In this document: one piece after another, positions 48,101 to 58,124 of the stretch
Layout of the letters: each line of letters opens with the position of its first letter
How positions within the stretch are numbered: the first letter of the stretch is position 1
Source: Squalus acanthias
Lineage: Eukaryota
Direction: 5' to 3'
NCBI GenBank assembly: GCA_030390025.1
Contig: CM059431.1
Coordinates: 125,490,001 to 125,554,000, forward strand
Length of the DNA stretch: 64,000 bases
Made by a program: the position numbers and the translations under genes
The notes under the pieces: model-generated
The model's database searches: none
Told to the model about the DNA's origin: nothing
The model's input: only the letters and a program-made list of their open reading frames with translations

Positions 48101-50900
48101 GTGCGGAATTCTTAAAGTGCATCCAGGAGAGCTTTTTGAGCCAGCATGTAGAAAGTCCTACAAGAGAGGGGGCGGTACTGGACCTAATTCTAGGAAATGT
48201 AGCTGGGCAAGTGATAGAAGTGTCAGTAGGAGAGCATTTTGGTGACAGTTACCATGATTCGGTGAGATTTAAAGTAGTCATGGAAAAGGACAAAGATGGA
48301 CCAGAAATAAAGTTTCTAAATTGGGGGAAGGCCGATTTTAATATGATAAGGCAGGATCTGGCCAAAGTGGACTGGGATCAGCTACTTGTAGGAAAATCCA
48401 CATCAGAGCAGTGGGAGTCATCAGAAAGGAAATAGAGAGAGTACAGCGCCAACATGTTCCCGTAAAGGTCAAGGGTGGGACCAACAAGTCCAGGGAACCC
48501 TGGATGTCAAGGGATATACAAGAATGGATTAGGAAAAAAAGGGAGGCTTTTGGCCGATACAAAGGACTAAAAACAGTGGAAGCCCTAGAGGAGCATAGAA
48601 AGTGCAAGGGGGTACTTAAAAAAGAAATTAAGAGAGCGAAGAGGGGGCATAAAAAAACACTGGTGGGCAAAATAAAGGAAAATCCCAAGGTGTTTTATAA
48701 GTATATTAAGGGCAAGAGGATATCCAGGGAAAGAGTGGGGCCCATTAGGGACCAAAGTGGCAATCTGTGTGTAGAGCTGGAAGATGTGGGTGAGGTTTTA
48801 AATGAATATTTTGCATCTGTGTTCACTATGGAGAAGGTTGATGTAGGCTTAGAAATCAGGCAGGGGGATTGTGATATACTTGTACAAATTAGCATTGAGA
48901 GGGAGGAGGTACTAGCGGTTTTAGCGGGCTTAAAAGTGGATAAATCCCCAGGCCCAGACGAGATGTATCCCAGGCTGCTGTGTGAGGCAAGGGAGGAGAT
49001 TGCAGGGGCTCTGACACAAATTTTCAGAACCTCTCTGGCCACAGGGGAGGTGCCAGAAGACTGGAGGACAGCTAATGTAGTACCATTATTCAAGAAGGGT
49101 AGTAGGGATAAACCAGGGAATTACAGGCCAGTGAGCCTAACATCAGTGGTAGGGAAATTATTCGAAAAAATTCTGAGGGACAGAATTAGTCTCCACTTGG
49201 AGAGGCAAGGATTAATCAAGGATAGTCAGCATGGCTTTGTCAGGGGGAGATCATGTCTAACCAATTTGATTGAATTATTCGAGGAGGTGACTAGGTGTGT
49301 GGATGAGGGTAGTGCAGTTGATGTAGTCTACATGGACTTCAGTAAGGCTTTTGACAAAGTCCCGCATGGGAGAATGGTCAAGAAGGTAAGAGCCCATGGG
49401 ATCCAGGGCAATTTGGCACATTGGATCAAAAATTGGCTTAGTGGCAGGAGGCAGAAGGTGATGATCGAAAGTTGTTTTTGTGACTGGAAGCCTGTGTCCA
49501 GTGGTGTATCGCAGGGATCGGTGCTGGGTCCCTTGCTGTTTGCAGTGTACATTAATGATTTAGATATGAATGTAGGAGGTATAATCAGTAAGTACGCAGA
49601 TGACACGAAAATTGGTGGAGTGGTAAATAGCGAGGAGGGAAGCCTCAGGCTACAGGACGATATAGACGGTTTGGTCAGATGGGCAGAACAGCGGCAAATG
49701 TAATTTAACCCTGAAAAGTGTGAGGTGATGCATTTTGGGAGGACTAACAAGGCAAGGGAATACACAATGAATGGAAGGACAGAGGATCAGAGGGACCTTG
49801 GTGTGCATGTACATAGATCCTTGAAGGCAGCAGGACAGGTAGATAAGGTGGTTAAAAAGTTATATGGGATACTTGCCTTCATTAGCCAAGGCATAGAATA
49901 TAAGAGCAGGGAGGTTATGATGGAGCTGTACAAAACGCTAGTTAGGCCACAGCTGGAATACTGTGTGCAGTTCTGGTCGCCACACTATAGGAAGGATGTG
50001 ATTGCATTGGAGAGGGTGCAGAGGAGATTCACCAGGATGTTACCTGGGCTGGAGCGTTTCAGCTATGAAGAGAGACTGGACAGGCTGCGGTTGTTTTCTT
50101 AGAGCAGAGAAGGCTGAGGGGGGACCTGATTGAGGTGTACAAAATTATGAGGGGCATAGATAGGGTAGATAGAAAGGAACTTTTCCCTTAGTAGAGGGGT
50201 CAATAACCAGGGGGCATAGTTTCAAGGTAAGGGGCAGGAGGTTTAGAGGAGATTTGAGGAAAAATGTTTTCACCCAGAGGGTGGTTGGAATCTGGAACTC
50301 ACTGCCTGAAAGGGTGGTAGAGGCAGGAACCCTCACAACATTCAAGAAGCATTTAGATGAGCTCTTGAAATGCCATAGCATACAAGGCTATGGACCAAGT
50401 GCTGGAAAATGGGATTAGAATAGACAGGGCTTGATGGCCGGCGCAGACACGATGGGCCGAAGGGCTTCTTTCTGTGCTGTATAACTCTATGACTCTATGA
50501 CAAAGCAATGTGGGTACCTTCGGTTGCATCCTAGACTTTAGAAAAGCTACCAACCCTGTAAAATATGATGGCCTATTTCACTGCTGCCCTGCTGTGATGC
50601 CAAAGGTGAGAAATTTGCCAGCTCTCCTGTCAACTGTGTCAGTCACCTGACTAATGCATGTCCACAGTGCAGCCTGGCTGGTATTATAGTGATCGCCATG
50701 GCTGTCTGAAATGACCTTGTGCCACAAAAGTTGAGTGTGGTCATCATCTTCATAGCCACAAAGTGATCAGTGTGGGCAGATGACCATGGCTGCAGGTCTT
50801 CGTGCAGTCGGTGGCAGATCTCCCCTATTGCCTTTTTGGTGAAGTGCAGTGTTCTCATATACATCTTCTTTCTAAGGTCCATATAGATCTTTGTTGCCTG
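45190..50900 (-). pseudogene. Old Harbinger transposase split by a CR1 and by another ~550-bp insert
   Basis: In order on the minus strand: LHFTKKAIGEIC...LNFCGTRSFQT (~50850-50700), DATEGTHIAL (~50530-50500), FLNRKSFHSMNVQIV (~46250-46200), MGDKTY (~45500) and GRALQYAP...CALYKLA (~45350-45280). Confidence 0.8.
46271..50499 (+). mobile_element. Near full-length CR1 LINE with disrupted ORF1 and ORF2
   Basis: ORF1 at 46553-47498 (CTAC...CSKC, leucine zipper, SGNH esterase-like GDTIVRG/VHIG/DGLHLN). ORF2 at ~47640-50418 (ITETW, GDFN, LDLIL, QGSVLGP, YADD). TCTATGA tail. A few stops and frameshifts. Confidence 0.96.
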
Positions 50901-52489
50901 TATATTCTATGCGAAGCATAAAACTGGTAAAGCCCATCCTCCTTAAAAGCTGCATGCCTCTTCTTTGATCCATCCAGCACTGCTGCTTCTCCTCCCTGAT
51001 AATGGCACACAAGGGCATGCCTGCAGGGTATGTCATACCTGCTCCTGAGAAGCCCTCACTGTGGGTGGGGGGTGCAAATCTCCTGGCCATAGGAATAGTT
51101 GGGATATAATAAGAAAGTAAAACAATACTACAGTTATCTTAAGTAATACATTTATATTTATCCCTTGTAATAGGAAATAATGATTTTAATAGTTCAGTCT
51201 GGCTCCAGGTTTGATAGAGCCACATGCTCTCACTGAATGTTAAGACTATGATACTTGAGTGTTTAGAAGATGGCTTTATCCTCTCGCTAGCACTCATTCT
51301 CTCACTCTGTCACAATTTCAGAGAATGACAGTCATTGATGGCTAACTGAGTTCTCTCGCTCTTTGTCACGAGTTAAAGAATGATAATATGAAGTTTCTTC
51401 CTCTGCTAATGGGATAACACTTCTCTCTTATTCTTTTCATTGTGTTAAATGAGCATAAATAGTCTGTCTCTGTCGCCAATCAAAAGGATGGTAACTTTTC
51501 ACTCTTTGTTTGCCTTAAGAGAATGAGGGTGTCCACTTGTTTAAAGGGAATGATAGATTCCTCCGTCTCACTCTGTTATGCATGGATGGAATCATTACAA
51601 ATGAGTTTGAACAGTTTGAATTCAGTTAACAGTGACAAGGATAGGTACAGAATACAAAATTGTTGTAAAATATAATAATCTGACAATATTTCTCCAATTC
51701 GTAAGGAAATGGTAGAATATTACAACGTTACAGTTGTGCAAAAAGGGGTGATCACCTGAGACTGGGGTGAAGGCACATTGTCAAAGCAACGTAAGGAATC
51801 TCTGCATTGAATCTGATATATGTCACACCTGTCATTCGACTACTTGATGCTGTCACTAGGTGTAAAGTGAAACTTAAAGATCAATTTTACCACTGTCACA
51901 CTTCAGTTTGATGAGCATGTATGCTTACAAAAGAAAGTAGTTCAGTAATTTTAGAAAACGTTACGACATGTGCCATTAAATCATTTACTTTGTCCTGATA
52001 TAATAGTTACATTAATATTTGAATTATACGTCAGATGCAATTAGGAAGTAAGGCCAAATTGCAGTTGGAAAATATGGATAAATGGTCTTTTGAGATTGGA
52101 GAAAGATATTGAAGATCATTCAGTTACCATATGTCAGCACATCATGAGGAGGAAGTGACTGTTTGCAGCATATGGTGCAGTGCTTCAATAAAGTGCGAGG
52201 ATCTAGAAAATTAACTAGTATTTGGCTGTCATTTCCCAGTTGGCTTGACACTCATTTGCTTTTTAGGAACATAAATTAACTTTGGTAGTAACAGATATAA
52301 TGTTGATGAAAATGTTTATGTATACTTTTATTGCATGCACTTTTGTTTCAATTGATTCATTAGTGCTGCTTTTTATTTCCTCAGTTTAATTTAATTATGT
52401 TAACCATTTTCAGTTATTCCAAGGGTGCAGCATAGCATAATGGTTGAAAAAACTAAAAGCTTCTTTACCAAAGAGGTTTGTACTGTATA

Positions 52490-52940
52490 CAAAAGCAAAA
52501 TACTGCAGATGCTGGAAATCTGAAATAAAAACAGAAACTGCTGGAAATACTCAGCAAGTCAGGCAGCATCAGTGGAGAGAGAGTGTAGCTACACATTGTT
52601 CTCTGTCTATATATGCTTTGCTGATTTGTATTCCTTCACTTTACCTGACGAAGGAGCAGCTCTCCGAAAGCTCGTGATTTCAAATAAAACTGTTGGACTA
52701 TAACCTGGTGTTGTGCGACTTCTCATTTTTGTCCACCCCAGTCCAACACCGGCATCTCCGCATCAGAGGAAAAAGAAGACATATCGGAAGAACTGGTGTG
52801 GAAAGTGGCATCATCAGAACAGATGCGATGGAGACGGAGAAACTGGGAGAATGGAATAGAGTCCTTACAGGATGTGGGATGGGAGGACGTGTAATCAAGG
52901 TAGCTGTGGGAGTCAGTGGGTTTATAGTAGATACTGTAGG
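52490..52940. mobile_element. Cluster of Penelope-like fragments (terminal repeats of two families plus an RT fragment on minus)
   Basis: Minus-strand IYYKPTDSHSYLDYTSSHPTSCKDSIPFSQFLRLHRICS, and terminal repeat sequences at 52490-52580 and ~52590-52760. Confidence 0.85.
52641..52677 (+). ncRNA. Minimal type I hammerhead ribozyme motif
   Basis: TTAC-CTGACGA-A-GGAG(CAGCT)CTCC-GAAA-GC-TC-GTGA. Confidence 0.75.
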
Positions 52941-53472
52941 TCTGTACTGTATGCTTATACCAGGAATTCAAGAGTGCTGCGGTTGCACATCAACTTTATG
53001 TATTGATCTAAAATCTCCATCCAGATGTCACTACTGAAAATTCAGACATTGCTTCACCTACCTGTGAAATTAGCTCCTGGGGCTTGGAATCCTGTATAAA
53101 AAAGTTAGCCAGCACTGAATTTGTATTCCACGCATTTATTGTATTATTAGCAACAATGGTGTAAGGCATCTGCCATTAGGCACTTTTAGATTTATTTTGC
53201 ACTCTGGGTCCAAGTCGTGGGATAGCAATCTACATGCATCATTTTCCTATGATTAAATAATTCAGTGGACCCATATTCTATACAGATCAGCCCCAGAACT
53301 GGAAACTCACTCAATTGCACGTGTGCAAGTGGACTTGTAAGGGATTCTCCTGACCCTGCGTGTCTCGTAGCCTGTGAGATTCACGCGGCTCTGTGCAGCC
53401 TGTATGTCAGTGCGGGTCTAGGCCTGGTTGCCTGTTCTGGTCTCCAGCCAGTCTGGGAACACTAGACACACC

Positions 53473-55256
53473 TGTGAGTGGTTCGAATCACTCTCCCTTA
53501 CGGTTCTAGACACTGGACTTAGATGCGAGAGCAGTAATGGAGATAAAACTCATGTAGACTTGGTTTGAATGGTACGAAATGGAAAATCTTTATTGCATGA
53601 TACTTAAAATTATGAAATACATGTCATACGCACAGATTAATGACAGTACAATCTTACAAACGGTTATAATCAATCTTAGGGAAACGAGGAACGAACGGCA
53701 CAACGTGAATAGGGCACACATTACAAATATCCTTAATCTTTACACCCTCCCCTATCAATATCTATCCTAAACTAGCTTCGTAGGATCTCGAGACTCATGC
53801 TCACCACTCGTAATAACTCGGAGAAATCCCGAATAGCTGATCGGATGTTTTTCACCGCAGCACCCACGTGTCGGTCAGGAGATCTCCTGGTCCCACTTGT
53901 TTACTGGCTTCTGCTGCTCGGGCTAGTAGGCTGGACCGTCTGCTGTAGTGAAGACCTCTGTTGGTTGACTTCACAGTTTAGTCGAGGAGCACCGTTGTCA
54001 ATATCACTGATACGATGTGTTTGCACAGTCCAGTTATCATTGATGCAATATGTTTTGTTAGAAGTTTAAAGAAGAAAACTTCCTGTCGAGAAGACTTGGC
54101 TGATCGACCTACAGGCGCGGTCGGGATTTACTGACCGTGGCGATGGATATGGTCTTCTTCTCTTCTCCTCTCATCTCATCTCATCTCATCTCATCTCGGG
54201 CCTTTGGTTCCGCTGCCAGTTACCAACATAGGTCTTCGTTACGCGACACGAGGTAGATCCGAACGGATCAGAAAGTTCAACAGTCTTTTCAGAAGAGGCA
54301 ACAGGCACGCAGAAGCCTAACTACGAGCACACAGGAGCAGCCACGAAGTTACGAATCGACCGGATAAAACACAGGAGCAGCCACGATGATAAAAGCAGCA
54401 AGCGAGCAAGAGCGGCAAGAGCAAGAGAGCGAATGGACGGTTTGGGGCCTGCAATTATAGTGCAAAAATCTTCCGTTTCCCGCCCAACTATAATGTCCAT
54501 TCTTTTGTTTAGGGTTTGGCGCCCAAATGTCTTGTATGGGTGATCTCCGTCCTTAATGGGTTTCGGGGCTACTCATGAATGTTTGAGTACCTGTTAATAT
54601 TTCTCCCATTGTTAAATCGGTCGGTGTTCTCCCTGGAGGGGTTTGGGGCTTCCAAGTGTCCTGTATAACTACCTGCTAACGGCTCTCTCATCGTAGAGCC
54701 GTTGGGAGTTTACATATTAATGTCCTTTGGATGGGCCCTTAAGTACTTGGTACAATGGCTTTCCTTTGCACCTGGGAGACCGATTCCAGTATCTATGTTT
54801 ATACTGCAAACCCATAATGTCTCGGGTATTATCTTCACTGTGCTGAATCGTTATCGATCTTGCAAAAATGTTTAATGGAACGCCATCTTGTCTGCCTGTT
54901 GAAAAGTCTAGAATGTTCTGTCACGAGGTGCGGCGGCCATTTTACAGGCTGCTTGTGTCCAATTTAAACCTGGCAGCATTCTGCTGAAATAAAAGCTGTT
55001 TGAACGAAACTTTGTGTTTTCTCCTTATTAATCAAATCGCGATAATTGCGAATTCTACAGTCCCTCCTGTTGATGCGAATAACTCCGCTTATCGTATCAA
55101 AAATCTCAGCGGTGAGCAATCTTATCTCGATTTCACTCCGAATCCAGTAAATTAATCCCATAAATTTTAACTTAACTAGGGTCTCTGTGTCGTCCTTATT
55201 TCCCAAGAAAATCACATTTTATATCACCGTAGGCATCATTTGCCCTTAAACTTACA
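53473..55256 (-). repeat. Putative 3' LTR (~1784 bp)
   Basis: Minus strand begins TGTAAGT directly after a purine tract and ends ACTCACA (6/7 terminal inverted repeat). AATAAA at 53594-53589 and TATAAT at 54459-54454. The 5' LTR is not in the window, so boundaries are inferred. Confidence 0.7.
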
Positions 55257-55274
55257 CCACTTGTTTTCCTTCCC
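55257..55274 (-). promoter_or_regulatory. Polypurine tract
   Basis: GGGAAGGAAAACAAGTGG abuts the LTR start. Confidence 0.7.
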
Positions 55275-55481
55275 GGCGTAACCAGGCCGATACCTCACGC
55301 ATCACCTGTATATTTGTCTTTTATTCAGGGAAAGGAAAAACAAAACCCAAAACCAAACAATCAACACCATCACCAAAATAAACAAATCCCAACTCTTAAA
55401 CATGTCGAGTTTCCAACGTATTTACAATGAGTACAAACTTCCGCGGCGCACGCGGCGAGCGGGAGTGACGCCATTTTCCGA

Positions 55482-57833
55482 TTACACGGTGCTCTCGTCG
55501 TGCACGCGCACGTAACGTTCTCGCCACTCTCCCGTGTTCTCATGCTTGGTGAGGCGCTTGTCTCTTTTACAATGTATGAACAATAGGTACACTACAATAA
55601 ACACTTGACAGACGACTAAAATGTGGGAGGCTATTCTGATCCATGAAGGCACTTCAATATTCGTGAACAGATTCCACCACGGTGGAACCACTATGTCCAA
55701 GATGTCTGTTCCTATCTCGACAGTTTTCTGCTCTAATGTATAAAAATGCTTCTGTGATACCGCGACGGCTTTCAGAAGTTTGGTTAAATGCTCAGGGAGA
55801 GGGGGAATGAGGTATCCAAAATGCGCGACAAATCGCTGCAAGTCGGTGAAATTCTCTTTTACTGTGAGATGAACAGTGGATGGTTCAGGGATTGGGATAA
55901 TTCGCTGTTGTGCTACTTGAACTTCAGCCCTGGGTTTAAAACAGAAACTGCTGTCACTCACCGGACACCGGCTACGGTTTCCATGCTGGTAGTGTTGCGC
56001 TGCAGTGGTAACACAATATGTTCCACCCCCGATGTATGCTACCTGCGGAGGCACATGATCTTGTGCCATTGCCTCCATGGTGCAATTCATGGACTTGGCG
56101 CCAGCCGTTCTGAACCCGCACTGTGGTGTTAAAAAGGCATTCAAGTGCTGGGGGCACAGTATTATGTGTGCTCCCCTGCCACGACAACCAGAGAGATCTG
56201 TACCTGTCATCGTTTGCTCCCAGCGGATGACGTAAGGTGGAACCGCTGCATAACGAATGTGGGCTCCCCCCTGAATGACACCAATGTTCTCTACCCGATA
56301 TACCGGGGCGGGCTTTGCTGTGTTGCCCAAAACCGGCATGCGTAATACTATTCCCATAATAGTATGGTTTGAACGTCCGCAGTCCACGGGGACTGGGTAA
56401 GCTTCTGAAGCTAGCCTGAGCTGGCACGGACTTAATGCGTTCTGAAAAGGGTGGAGCGCCCGCAGGTGTTTGTTACTTATCCAGGACGGAACCAAACCTT
56501 GTTTTAAATCCTCCAAATTACTGCGGCCCTCGCCCAGTAACCACGCCCCGTAAAGCACGCACACCTCGTTCTGCGCAGCCTGATCGGATGCATTCCGATC
56601 TTCCCTGATCAGGGCATTTACCGTACGCGCATGTTTCTCCAGCTCTGCTATGATTTCCTTTAAATGGAGAGTCATGGCTTGGTCCTCATGCAGACCCGAC
56701 CCTACCACTTTATTCTCATCTGTTAGAATGTCTTTTAACTGTGTTTTTAAACCATTAATCTGGGTCTGCAGCTCCACACTGTCTAGAGCGTTGACCACAG
56801 ATGTCCCTGTGTTAAAAGCAGTGAACGCATTGTTCACCAAACACCTTCTTTGCCTCCCTACTTGATCCAAAACTTCCTGCGGTGCGGTGTATAAACTTGC
56901 CTTATCAATTTCTGCAAAATCAAACTCGTAAAATTGTCTGAACATCTTGGTCAACAGGACCTGATACAACTGTTCCGTCTTTTTGGGGCACCACTCTGGT
57001 AACCGTACCTCAGTGAGATTTAAAATCACCGAGGCCACCGCGTAATGTACCCCCTGAAATAGTATCTGGTCTGTGGGGACCAGTACCAAACCGTTCCCGG
57101 GTCCCTTACTAGTTTTAGGGCACCCTTCTTCCTCAGTTAGAACCACCGGAATCGTGGGCGGGGCTTTGCGTGGGCGCGTAATGAGCTCAGTGGCATTTAC
57201 TGGGATCGGGGAGAATGGGGCTCCGCACCCCCTGGTGCTCGCATCCCACCTCATCCCCTGTCCGTTATCCTGCCACTGATTAATAAAGAATATGGAGATG
57301 CCTTTGGGGCAAACGTACTTTGACCCCCACATACAAACATAAATCCCCTCATCCGGTTCCCACCATTTGTCCCAACAGACTTTCACTTGTCCGTTTGTCC
57401 CCGTAATTGTCCGATGGGTATTATTACCCAGTCGTTCCCACTCGACCGAAGAGTTCCTCATAGTTTTGCTCAGCTTTCGCAGCCACCACCATCGGCTCAA
57501 TGGGACATCCCCACTACAGGTCAAACAAATCCGTTTGCCGACGGTGACGCTGATCCTGGGTGCGATGATCCGTACTTTGGGGCACATTAAAGAAGTCTCT
57601 TTGTAGGCAAACCCCGATGTGCTGGAATACTCCGTTGAGTTCGTTCCCAGCCATCCTGGCCACCTTCCCTTGTGGAAATAGGTGCTGGTCCCCTCTGCCT
57701 TCCGTCTTCCGGTCCCATCCACCGCGATGGGGGCCGTGTCCCCGGAACATCCAAACACCACGACATCCTTGGTGTGGCCTCGATAGGCCAATCCACATCC
57801 GATTGCCACGAGCAATACTAGAAGTCGTTCCAT
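55482..57833 (-). CDS. env: Envelope glycoprotein, 783 aa: signal peptide, Ig-like domain, F-like class I fusion ectodomain, TM anchor
   Basis: Hydrophobic N-terminus; VTVGKRICLTC...W...DEGIYVC; RQRR furin site at aa 327-330 followed by a fusion-peptide-like segment and heptad repeat; Cys-rich region; TM ILVVCQVFIVVYLLFI. Confidence 0.92.
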   Translation of the reverse strand: MERLLVLLVAIGCGLAYRGHTKDVVVFGCSGDTAPIAVDGTGRRKAEGTSTYFHKGRWPGWLGTNSTEYSSTSGFAYKETSLMCPKVRIIAPRISVTVGKRICLTCSGDVPLSRWWWLRKLSKTMRNSSVEWERLGNNTHRTITGTNGQVKVCWDKWWEPDEGIYVCMWGSKYVCPKGISIFFINQWQDNGQGMRWDASTRGCGAPFSPIPVNATELITRPRKAPPTIPVVLTEEEGCPKTSKGPGNGLVLVPTDQILFQGVHYAVASVILNLTEVRLPEWCPKKTEQLYQVLLTKMFRQFYEFDFAEIDKASLYTAPQEVLDQVGRQRRCLVNNAFTAFNTGTSVVNALDSVELQTQINGLKTQLKDILTDENKVVGSGLHEDQAMTLHLKEIIAELEKHARTVNALIREDRNASDQAAQNEVCVLYGAWLLGEGRSNLEDLKQGLVPSWISNKHLRALHPFQNALSPCQLRLASEAYPVPVDCGRSNHTIMGIVLRMPVLGNTAKPAPVYRVENIGVIQGGAHIRYAAVPPYVIRWEQTMTGTDLSGCRGRGAHIILCPQHLNAFLTPQCGFRTAGAKSMNCTMEAMAQDHVPPQVAYIGGGTYCVTTAAQHYQHGNRSRCPVSDSSFCFKPRAEVQVAQQRIIPIPEPSTVHLTVKENFTDLQRFVAHFGYLIPPLPEHLTKLLKAVAVSQKHFYTLEQKTVEIGTDILDIVVPPWWNLFTNIEVPSWIRIASHILVVCQVFIVVYLLFIHCKRDKRLTKHENTGEWRERYVRVHDESTV

Positions 57834-57846
57834 CCTTCCTTGGTTC

Positions 57847-57870
57847 CTGTGATCAGATAGAATGAGGTAG
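57847..57870 (-). promoter_or_regulatory. Putative env splice acceptor
   Basis: CTACCTCATTCTATCTGATCACAG|GAACCAAGGAAGGATG, 13 nt before the env ATG. Confidence 0.65.
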
Positions 57871-58124
57871 CCAGCCTCGCAAAAAGTCTCTGGCTTTGGT
57901 GAAGGGTGAGCGGGTCCCCTGACCTCGCCTCACGTAAACTTCAACGTTTGCTGAATAGACTTCCTCTAAAACCTAGCCTTAAAACTCCCACCATTTTATC
58001 GTTATCTGTTAAAACACTACAAACTTAACCTTGAACTAATAAACTTAAAACTTAACCTTGAACTATAAACTTAAAACCTTAAACTAATAACTTTACAGTG
58101 CCGCCCGTTCTCAGGGCGGCCCCT

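Noticed and set aside
53465..53472. Provirus target-site duplication
   Set aside because: The 5' LTR, PBS and other flank lie outside the window, so it cannot be tested.
53579..55215. Small ORFs inside the LTR as accessory proteins
   Set aside because: 63-90 aa, weak starts or antisense, with no recognisable features.
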